A DNA stretch of 64,000 nucleotides from positions 62,001-126,000 of the forward strand of contig NIVC01000525.1 of assembly GCA_002269645.1 (NCBI GenBank), written 5' to 3'. The notes under the pieces were generated by a model that was not told the DNA's origin, searched no databases, and saw nothing but the letters and a program-made list of their open reading frames with translations. Positions 12,501-24,500 of this stretch are shown one piece after another; position 1 is the first letter of the stretch, and every line of letters begins with the position of its first letter. Source of the stretch: Macrostomum lignano (taxonomy: Eukaryota). The translations under genes were made by a program, and so were the position numbers.

Positions 12501-15500
12501 GCCTTTCATTTGCGCTTTGAATCTCAGCTGTGCCAGCAGCATTGCATATTTGCGCGAATTTTTAGGGGCCCGAGAGCGACCGTAAAGTGCATGGATTCTC
12601 TGTTTTGATTAATATACGAGCTAATTTAATTATACATAATAAACAACTTAGCCCTCCAGAGACTTAGCCCATCCGGAGACCAAGTCTAGCCCCATCCGGA
12701 GACCAAGTCTAGCCCCATCCGGAGACCAAGTCTAGCCCCATCCGGAGACCAAGTCTAGCCCCATCCGGAGACCAAGTCTAGCCCCATCCGGAGACCAAGT
12801 CTAGCCCCATCCGGAGACCAAGTCTAGCCCCATCCGGAGACCAAGTCTAGCCCCATCCGGAGACCAAGTCTAGCCCCATCCGGAGACCAAGTCTAGCATC
12901 CCAGGAGATAAAAACTTCTATAGCTAACTTGTTACTGGCAGACGCTTCTATCAAAGCTGTTTTTTAATCTTTCAAAATTATAAGAAGCTCGTTCCCTGTA
13001 TTAACTCACGCCCAGGCTGCCAAAGACCTGGTGACGATATTCCCAGTCATCCGGGATTGGATTGCCGAATTCCTCGACCAAAATCGCATGATGGTGGCCT
13101 CGCAGGTGGCTAATAATATTCTGATCGAGCAGGTGCTGAAACTGCTGCACTACCTGGTCAAGTTTGGTTACTACGGTGAAGTGCACGATCTGGCCAGGCT
13201 GCTGCCTGCGCTTAGAAATCTTCTGGACGGACAGAACGATATCCCGTTCCCGCCTGACAGGATGCCGGCCAGGGGTGAGACTCGACTCAAATAATTTAAT
13301 CCCCATCTCCTACAGGGATCTGTCTCTTGATCTCTGAGACAGGATCTTGGAATCGGAGATCTAATGATCGAGATCTTGGATGTGACCTCTAGGACGGGAT
13401 CTGGGTGCGATCTCGGATGGGATATCAGAATCGGATGAATCGTGTGTACGGGTTCACACGGATAGGGAAAACTGATGCTAGGATTTCCGAATAAAGGCAA
13501 GTAGCTCGGGTAAGACCCCAAAATGAAGATGTTAGTTAGCCAGCAAAACCAGTTCTGAAATCACGATTCTCAAGTTGACAGCGCCGTTAGCTCAAAAGCT
13601 TCGCCACCACTAATCGGCAGAATTCTCTAAGGAGCGCAAGAAGGCGGTCCTGCGCTTCAAGCAAACAGAGCGGTTCCGGCGCAGTCCGGAGACGCAGGCC
13701 ATCGTGCGGGCCAAGCACGCCGCCCTGCAGGTGCTGGACTTGGTCATGACTTTTCAGGAGAACGCCCGGCTGGCGGTGAGTAGCCCCCATATTCTTTGGG
13801 GTGGAGCGAGCTCAGCGGTAGACACTTCCGACTCTCGCCTCAGCATCAGTTTAATTCCTACTGCCAACACTATTACTAATATATGATGCATATCCTATCC
13901 CAAATCGTATCATTAGTAATCGAGTGAGTTTTGACTCGTTCGATGTAAATCCGTTCAGAAGACAGGCACGCTACAATATTTGGCCGAACACATCTGCACC
14001 TCGTGTGCTCAGATAATTTCTTATTCAGTATTAAAAAATAAAATCTCCCTTCATGTATCTTTGAAACAAAAATTTCTACTATTGACTTTGTTATGTCATC
14101 ATAATGCCCAACGATCCCTAGCGATAGGAACAATTGCGCAACTGGAATGGAACCAGGGGTCGTGGAGTGAGAGTCAGACGTGTTTACTGCTGAAACTCAT
14201 GTTTCTGAACACGGATGCTTGTAAGCAAAATAGAAAATATAGTCACTTAACACACTGGAATGCTTATCCATTCCTCATCCCACAGTCGTTTATCAAGAAG
14301 TTCAAAGACAGCGAGATCAGCGAAGTCGCCACCAGAAGGAAGCATATTCACCCGCTGGTGCCGGCCCTGTACGACTCCTTCGACCCATTCGACACGAGAA
14401 AGTGAGTCGCATCTCACCCACACCTTGGAAACGTTCCTCCCCCCTCAACCCTGACTGAATTGTGAGGAGCATCGAATTTTAGGGATCCGAGTGAGCGGGG
14501 ATCTGAGTGATCTGTGATTTAGGTCATAAGGAGTGTTTAAAGCAGAATCGATGGGAGCTGCTTCTTGAAGTAAATTCGTGTCAAAACTGCTCCCGCAGAA
14601 GCGCGCTGCAAGTGCAAAAGAGGATGAAGAAAGAGCTGAGAATAATGTTTGAAGAGTCGTCCCGCCACGTGGACAACATAGCCCTGACGTCAATCCTAAT
14701 CGTAAGCTGCTGCTGACTTGTCAGTTGTCAAGTTTGGCTCTGACTGTACGCGTCTGACTGTACTGATTGCCTAACCAACCCTCTGCAGGACCTTGCCCAC
14801 TACGAATACGACCCCATGGTGCAGCTCTCTCTCCAGCTGCTCAACAAGCTGCACTCGGCCAAGAGCTCGATGTTCAATCTGGCTGTGAATTCTCTGGTAC
14901 TGATCACGCCGGACTCCTGCCGGGTGCACCGGGAGGTCGGCAAGCAGGTGCCGCTGCTCAAGATGATGATCAGGAGCAAGTGGACGTCTGATCAGGCGGT
15001 GAAGATTGAGACTATTCTTAGCGAGCTCAGGGAGCTGTGCCACCTGCCCAAGGCTGAGGAGGAACCTCACCCCATGAACCAGCGGTTGATGCTGAGTCAC
15101 AGTGAGTTGCCCAACCTGTCTAGAAGTTAAAAAATCTTCTCTACTCTAGCTTACCTGAGCAAACTCGCTAGTTAATCAAGATTACCCCTTTCTGTATACT
15201 TCTTATTTGGCGTCTTTTGTCAAGCTACAGCAAGAATGCATACAGTATTTGTTCTGTCTCGGAGCCCTCCCAGAGACTCAGACAGAAAAAGCAAGAAAGA
15301 ACAATCACAAGAAGCGCAAACAGTGGTGATGCACTTCTATATTTGGCAACACGTCTGTACTTTTACTGTGCCAAGCCGAACTGGACTGGTAAACTAGAAA
15401 GCCACGCTATGTACTTTAGGTTTAACTTGTCTCAATTACTTTTATTGAATAATGTGATTTCCAAATACTCATTTAAATGGGATCTTTATTATTGCACACA

Positions 15501-18500
15501 GTGTGCTTCAAAATAACTGTTTCCCCATCGCTCACCTTTACTTTTTACACGCCCACTCTTCCACTCACCTCACTCCATCCACCTCACTCCTCCACCCACC
15601 TCACTCCTCACCTGCCTCACTCCGCCAGCCAATCAATCCTTTATCCATTTTATCCGACTGCAGTCGATAATTCCCATATCCTGCATTGCACAGACGTCCT
15701 AGGCGTGGTATTCGACATCCTTTCAACGGAAACGGACGTCCAACTAACGGAGAAGTACCACGAGACGGTCGGCGTACTGCGCAAAGCTGTACGACTGATG
15801 AAAGCACTAACTATTCGCTACGAAGACGTACAAAACCAGGTGTTCAACAACCTGGACAGCATGCTCCGGGTTCGCCTAGTTGAACCGGACCTGGCTTTGG
15901 CACTCAAGGAAGTGTTCGTAAACAACCAGGAGCTATGCCTGAAAATATTGCCGAGGCAGATCTCCCGAATAGTCGGCTTGGTGGCCGAGAATCAGGAGCG
16001 GGCGCCGGAGTTTCTCGAACTGCTTTCCGCCATCGTCAAAGTGGAAGGGCCGGGACTGGCGCTGAAGCGAAACCAGACCCTGGTGATGAAGTACATTATG
16101 CAGAACTATAGCAAGGTTGGCTACGTTCTGGAGCAGTGTACAACCAAAGACCGGTAAGGCTGACTGGACTGCCGGGGGCTCTGATAAAGGGGAAATCGGA
16201 GTGCATATCACAGAGAAGGAAATGTGGTTTGAGACGGGGAAATCGTTTCAAGAGAGGAGAATTCAAACTCTAGTGAGAGCAACGGACGAAATGAAGGCGA
16301 ACAAAGGGAAAGAAAAGGGGGAGGAACAGCTGTAAACTGGTTTATCAAGACAGAAATCTCAGGCCGAAGAAGTGCCAGTCTCCCCAAAGTGCGAGCTAAG
16401 TAACATCAAGCATTGAAAATAGCCCGGATCTTTCAGCATGGAGGTGCTCAACGGTAACAGAGGCGCCAGTCATTGCCAGTACCTGATCAGCCTAGTGGAC
16501 CTCCTAGCCACCTGTGCCGAGGGGGAGAATCGCTACATTGAGTCGCTCTGCCAGACAATAATCAGCGTCGAGGAGATCCTCTGCATTCTCAACGATCCCA
16601 ACGTGGAGAACCACCTGAAGAAGCCGTTCCTGCGCTACATGTTCTACGCTTACATGAAGACCAGCGGCAGCACAGCTGAGAACCGGTCACCCGACATTAT
16701 CCAGGACAGGTGAGTTGTCCGCTTACCCCTGTTCATTTAACTAATATCTATTTGACTCAAAAGTTGTAAAGAAGCTTCAGTATCTTCGGTGTTCCTCAAA
16801 TCAGTGCCTCATCATGCCAGTCAACTTCCCTTAAGTCTGCAAAGTAGATCTCATCAAAATGCAGAGGCTAAGTTCTTTTAGATATAATTAGATTTCGAAA
16901 AAGATCGGCTGCTGAAGCGGCTCAGAGAGTTATAATGAAGAGAGTAGTCATATGCCTCATTGAATCTGTGGTAAAAATTGTGTCGAGTTTTGCTCAAGGG
17001 AAATCCTGACGATAGATACTATCGTCGATTTATTCTAAAATTAGTCTTTAGGGAAACCCGATGCACTTTTAGAAACGTATATGCTCACTCTGATCATTTT
17101 TTCTCTCTGGGAGTGGCTCGATAGACGTTATATCAAAGTTAAGCAGCTCGATTATCAAGTGTTGTCGTCGAATGTACATTAGTTAATGACGCAACTGAAA
17201 ATGTACATCGCTGCGGAAGGCTATAAAGTGGGACAGGGGGGTAGAGTTCGCTAAAGACGTGGTCGGATGGGGTAAGAGATGATGGGCTAAGGGGGTAAGA
17301 GATCGATCGATAAGTGAGCCAATAGAAAAAGGCAAAGGGGAAAGAGGGGAAGAAATACACACAGCCTACCCAAAGTTAAAGTCTAAATGATCTACACAAG
17401 CGCTAGAATATACTTTACTTGACGTACAACTTTAACCAATAAAGCTGAAATACTTGCCCAATCGAAAGCAGCTTAGGCATCAACCTTTCTTCTAGTTTTT
17501 CTTTTTCTGATATTTTTATGTCTTCCATCGAGTTCAGACTGGCCTCACAGCTTATTCTTTTCGAGAATGTACATGTAAAATGTAAATAATGAGCGTATGC
17601 ATTTTAACTTTCTAATTAAAATTCTTTCCATTCTTTACAGCGCACAGCACATTATTTGAAAGTGTTATAGATAGACGCACCACTATTTTCATGCACTAAC
17701 TTTCTTTTGTTTTGCGCCTAATGTAATAATATAAATTCCATTGTTGAAAATATTGCTTCTAGCAATGAGTAGTTACAAGTATCCAATACAAAACCGAACG
17801 GGGACCTCTCACTTAGAGCATTGCGACGTCGAGCAAAGCAGGAGCAGCGACAGGGGCTGCGGGAGCAGCGCATGAAGCAGGGTATCCCAGGAGAGGCGGT
17901 TGGAAAACGGGAGTTTTACTTCTTGGCGGCTGACTTCTCAGCCCAGCCGGTCGGCAGGCATCCTTCTCTGCTGCTTGATAGAGCATTGAAGCGGCGGTAA
18001 TTTACTGTGCTTATCGCTAAAGGCTATTTAGCGAATAACTGCGTTATTTATTTGCAGCAGAAATAGCCCTTGCTTATATTACTTATACATTGTGAGCTTA
18101 TGCTTTTAAGAATTGTTGTTATTCGGCTTTTTATCCGGCATTGAATTTTGGCTCGGACTGCTAGCCTTCATTTAACAGGTTGTCTATTGGCTCGTTAGCA
18201 ATCAACTAGCAAGACAGTTTGACAACTGCTCTGCTAATCCCTTCAGTGATAGATCGTATAAAGGCTGTACCCTGTAAGCTCATTCTTAGTGGCTTAAATG
18301 CGGGCCTGAAATTAACAGTACATTGGCCCGATGCAGCCAGTACTGATTAATGATAATGATCATACGAGTGTAGTTTTAATTTCCAATGTTCCACTCAATA
18401 AGGATTTATTACTTTTTAAAATCGTTTTATCAGCTACTGCACATGCGTAATTTAATCCAACTGAACTTTATCTATACTTAATCAACACGTACGTGTTTAC

Positions 18501-21500
18501 GTACATTGTACTGTATTTAGTGTCCTAGAATTAAATGACGCGCGATAATGGGAGAAAGCCGTTTAAAGGGTTGGGTAAGGTACAGAGCGTATATGTATGT
18601 ACATTCTTTTTTCCTTACCCAGAACTGGTGGTGAAGTGGGTTAGGAAGAGATTTCTTTCCGATGTGATGTACATTCCGCCGTACAGATCTTTTCTAACCC
18701 ATTTTGCCCAATTAGCAAAGAGTATTGATAAAGTATGTACATATATACTGTACATATACGAGGTATCTACCGTTATTTTGTAAGGAAATAAAGGCAGATG
18801 GAGATTTGGTCGGTTGGTATTTCGACTAACTGTAACTGATTAATTATTTGGGTATTTATCAATTATTAAGTTCCTGAATTAAGATTCAGTGAGGATTGGC
18901 ACAGCAGGTACCTTATATTTATACGAGTAGTTCGAAAGGTACTACTCTCCGGAAAGTTGAAGAAATACAGTAGTAAATTTTTTATAACAAAGTATAGCTG
19001 CGGAATATTGCAAGCTTAAAGCATATTGAAAGAAGAGCTGCTGAAGAACAAAGTATTTATTCATTATTTCTTACTGCATCCGAAGTTTCGCGAAGATCAT
19101 CACGATTTCTGTACCTCCCATGACCTCTTCCTGGTCCCGAATAGAATAAATGGCTGAAGTGATGTAGCTTCCAATCAAATTGCTGAATTTTTTATCTTTT
19201 AGATCAGACTAGCAGTCCATGCAAAAGATGATTGACATAAAATGCTAGAGACGCTCGCATGACAATTAAAACCCATGTATTGTTTATTAGCTTTAGCAAT
19301 TGACAATTTGAAAATGTTCCAGATTTTAATCATATATTTATTACCAGTTTTTAGTTAATTAGCCCGTACTTGGTGCTGGTTATGGTGGTGGTTATGCTGA
19401 CTAAATATATCCAATTTCTCACTTTGAAACACCGCTTAAACGCCCAAACTTTCAGATATCAAAAGTAAGTTAATCAATAGTTTTGCCGCATCAAATCAAA
19501 CTAATTGTTAACATTTTAAAGTTTATTTATATTCAGTTCATGTGCTGAAAAAATCGTGTTGTGGTTTTTAGCAAACCATAATTTCGCTCGAAAAATCGCA
19601 GGATAGATAAAAGCATCAAAATGTTTTTCTCCGATTCTTTTGAATCGGTGCTACATTTTGTAACAAAAGTGTTGTCTGCCTGAGTCGTACATTTTGGTAA
19701 TGCTTCGTAAACTTCACTTACTCGGCACAATATATTTCTCACTGCCGGATGGATGCTCTTTCTCACCTGTCAACTGCTTAATCGTTTTAAAACAATGTTA
19801 TCGCGATTCTGTTTAAACAAAATTCATTATTCGGAGTTGTGGATCAACTCTCTCACTGTTGGAGGCCAAAGCTCGCAGGTTTTGAGCTTAAACGCTGTAG
19901 CGGCTTGTGCCGGCGCAAGTATTCGCGTCAGTCATTAACTCATTTTATAATTTAGCATCACCTCAAATCAACAGACTCGTCTGGGAGTACGTGAGACACT
20001 TGACGCTCGAATTCGACGGCCTCACCCGTTGGATAAGAAATGACGCAGCTCGGGACACCGTGTACTTCATGTCGATGCGGCCTTTCCCTAAAATGTGAGA
20101 TGAATCATTGTACATACATGTATGAGGCGTTTACTTATAGTAACTAAATATAGAATATCGATTTCCATGCAAATATCGAATTGCAAAACAAGCAATTGTG
20201 TAAGTGTTATTTGATGTTCGCGATAGAAGCAAAATAGAGATAGACATCGTTCTACATTGTATCAGTCATGTAGGTTTTACGCTCGTAACTTCTGGGAAAC
20301 TTCCGTGCGTTCAATTTTGATTGCTAATTCTATATTGTTTGATTGAATTTCAGCCTGCGACTGCACGACGCTTGCCCACTGTGCTCTACACTGGTTGCCG
20401 AGGACGAGACCCAGCCGCTGAAACTTAACTTGGAAAAGTACGATTATGCTTAATGTCGTCTCCGCGAAAAATCAAAGACTCTGATCTTGCCTAGATAATT
20501 CTGACTGACTTCTACTGATGTTAGCTTGCTTGTTTTTTAGCTTTCAAAAGAGAGAATGTTACAAGGGGATTAACTTCAAGTACGAAGTTTTCAGTTGTCT
20601 TCAGGATCATTCTAAATAACTTGTCTAGGTCTGCATGTTCAGAAATCGTTAGGCTGATGTATTAAGGAGTTCTAACTTAAGATAACGTAATAGGCAAGGA
20701 AAGCATAGCAAGATTGAGGGCGAAAGGTGTTAGGATTTTTTAGTCTTAACCGATGAGTTACTAGCCCCTGACCGCCTCTCGCAGCGCCGTGGTGAGGATG
20801 CGCGAAGACGATTTCCGCGGTCACGCGTCACTTCACTACGTGTTCGACGCGGTGCTGCCGTTTCTGCAGGCATTCGCCAACAAGTTCTACCAGACCGAGG
20901 AGGACAAGGACACCCAGTCGGAGCGGGATATGTTCGACCGGCTGACCTTGTCGGCGATCGGGCTGTGCAGCGAGCTGGCTGCCATCGTGGTGGAACCGCG
21001 CATTCTCACTCAGATGGTGGCCTGTTTGAGCGCCCTGGTGCGCAAGAGCTCGCATCGGCCCACTGTGAGCGTTTGTATACTTTTGCTTCTACTTTTGCTA
21101 ATTAATATCTCAAATACTACAATACGAGTTACTGTAGGTGATGGCCGATGGGCCATTCAGCACGGTTGCGTTTAAACTACTGTTAGTAGAAAGTTGAGGT
21201 AGAAGAATTCTAATTCATTTTCAGGACGTTTATTATTGATCCTCTTACCCCCAGCTGAACCCATCAGACCGCGTCTTTCCGCATAAAATCTCTACCCCAC
21301 GCCCACAGATTCTACGAGTATATATAGGATCCGTGCCCGCCCTGCCGCCCAATTATTTTTATTGCCTTCCGCGGTGTATTCCAGCCTAAAATGCTTGCCA
21401 TGTACATTCTTAGTAAGCGCTGGCTAATGTACATTGAGGCTGCACCAATAGCAAGCTGTTTACGATCGCAAGTATGTACGATCGCAAGGCTGGCTTTTCT

Positions 21501-24500
21501 TTTCTTAAAATAGCTTACAAATTCTTTATTGCTACTGAACTGAAAGTAGGGAAACTGTAATGTAAAGCAATTATGTACAAGTTGTTAATATAAACTTATT
21601 ATAAATCATTCTTCGACTTCCTCTAATAGAAAAAGAAGAATATTTCTAAGAATCAAAGTTGAATTTGCAGGGTTCTATTTAAATGTTTCTTAGAATGGTT
21701 TGTTAGCAGATGGGATCTGGAAGAACTGCTAATTTTTCTTACTGCTTATGAGATCTATTATTATTATTATTAGTGTAGGTGTATTTGAGAAAAATGTGGC
21801 TAGGTATTTATAGTTGCGGGCTCCTGGTTACCAAGGTTCCCTGTTCTACGTGATCATAGTCTAGTTTTTTTATCTGACAGCATAAAGCTAGCTAAGCACT
21901 TCAAACGGGGTTTACATATCTGCCTTTTGTTCGATACTTTTGTCACAGATCATGGAGCCAGTAGTGGAGAATATCGGCAAGGGCACCAAACTGCAGGACA
22001 CGGTGTCTCAAATGAAATCGGTAAGTACGAGTAGTGACTTCTGCATGGTTTCGAATTTCTAAACAACATTTCTAAGAAAAACCAAAACTAACTTTAACTT
22101 TACTTTACTTTCCAAACACAACTCAGGGCAACAAGGAGTACTATGAGCAGGAGATCATTCTCAACTCTAAGCTGAAAACGCTGGCAGTGAACATGAGTCT
22201 GCTGTGGGGCGGCCAGAACACTGTCAGGGCACAGTTGAAGTATAGCTCGGATCGAGGTGAGGAGCTCCCGGACCAGATGAGGAGGTTGTATCAGGATCAT
22301 TGACATTGGCAAGATTGGAAGGGTTGCAGTTTTTTGTCAATATCTCACCTTCAGTGTGTCCAATATAATGTAAAGCAAGGACGACTTTAGTAGTCTTTTT
22401 TATGAAGCCGATATGTGTTTCATTGGAAGTTGATGTATTAGTTTGTTGAATTATTGTCTTTCCAATACGATTTGCTGAAGTGGAAACAATCCAAAGTACA
22501 TTGTGTACTCTTAGCGGATCTTCTGCAGAATGCGCAGCATCAAACGGGTTTTTACTGTAGGCAGTTTTGGGTTTTACGTCTTCAACTTTGCATGTAGGAC
22601 AGTCTGCAGTGGTATTTTTCCTGAATTTAAGTGGATAAATTTATGAAACCATCTCAAAGAAATCACACACGCTAGCTCTGACTGTCTTCTATGATTGGTC
22701 ATTGCGTGTAACACTTCAATATGCAATCATTGGCTTCATTTCAACAACCCCGATCCGCCGCTGCCTGTCGCAGAGTACACGGTCATCGGCGGCGAAGAGT
22801 CCCTGCCGCTGGACGAAGAGTTCCAGGATCACGTGCGGTGCTTCATCAGCGCCGGCAGTCGCAAACCGGAGGGCCGCTACAGGCTGGCCGGCCTGCTGGT
22901 CAACGGGCTGCGGTGAGGCTTCTGGCAGTTCGCTGTGCAGCTTGATTCAGAAACTGCCTCCTCCCCCACCTGCCTCCTCCCCCACCTGCCTCCTCCCCCA
23001 CCTGCCTCCTCCCCCACCTGCCTCCTCCCCCACCTGCCTCCTCCCCCACCTGCCTCCTCCCCCACCTGCCTCCTCCCCCACCTGCCTCCTCCCCCACCTG
23101 CCTCCTTCCCCATCTACCTTCTCAATAATCTACCTTCTAATCAATCAACGTTCGCAGCAATCCTACCAACAAATTTTTCAATTGCATGCAAGTTTCAACA
23201 GGGGCGGACCGAGGGGGGGGCCAATGGGGCCATGGCCCCCTCCCTTCAGCTCTGCCAAAAAAATCCTCAGATGTATTGGTATCATGCTGTATTGGTATCA
23301 TGGTACCCTAATTGCAGCTCTGGCCTGACCAGACGTGAGGCTTGCCCCCCCCCCCTCGATAAAATCCTGGGTCCGCCGCTGGTAAGTTAAAGTTTGAAAT
23401 GTTCACTAGCAGCCATTATAAATAGCATGAGCACGGTATAGAAATAATTTCGTGCTCAAAAGCCAAGTGTCTATGGCTGGCTGGCCCAATGTTTAACGGA
23501 TTGTCCGAATCAAAGAGGATTCCAAGGAATGCTTTGAATAGAAATAATGCAAATTAGCCAAGAGCAGAGTTGAAGACAGCATTCGCAAAGCAGGAGTTGA
23601 GATGTCGGAGGCGAGTCTCCCAGCTCAGCAAAACGCTGCCGAGCCCTCTGACGAGTCGTCTTCATCCTCGGCTTCGATACGTACAATCGGCAACATCCTG
23701 GTCAGCGCGCCTGAGACGGCCGTCACCGAGCTGCTGTGCGGCGCCAGCCTGTGCATCCGGCCGGGGCGCCGCGGTGCCAAGCAGATGCTCGGCTCCATCA
23801 TCAGCGCGCGCGCCTTTGACTTGACCGAGGTTGGCCAAGCGCCCGGTCTCGAGCGAGAGTACGCCGAAGAGCACGACCTCCCGACCGTCCTGGACGACTG
23901 CCCGGACGATATCAGCGACGACACCTCCATCGGCTCGGACACCGACAGCATCGATGAAGTCGGCGCGCGCGGTTCGTCCTCAGCCTCCGAGACGACCATC
24001 ATTGTCGACATCGACGAGAACGAGGGGGACGACTGCACCACAATCACGGCCGGCACCATTATCGAAGACAGCGGCTCAACTCCGCCCGGGTCCACCATCG
24101 GGCTCCGGTCGCCGCAGCCGAAGGAGGCGGATTTGTCCGTCCAGATCGAGAAGGCCGTCCACCGAAGCCTGTTGAAGTCTATCAGGGACACCTCCGTGCT
24201 GGGCACGCAATCAAAGAAGCAGACAATGCTGAGTGCCAGCCGGGCCGCCAATTCGCTGTTCAGCTTCGAAAATGACCAATGCGACGAGAACTACCTGCAG
24301 GAGCTGCTCAAGTTCGACTTCTGACTTGCCCAGCCCCCCCCCCCCCAAAACATTTTCTCTACTTTTAATTTTCGTTGTTTTTTGTTTCAAACTTGCCTCA
24401 TAAAATAGTGACTGAAAATGACGGACACGGCTGCGTGCTGTTTTATGGAAATTCTACGACATTTTTACATCCATTACCTGTGGAATTCACTAAATTACAT

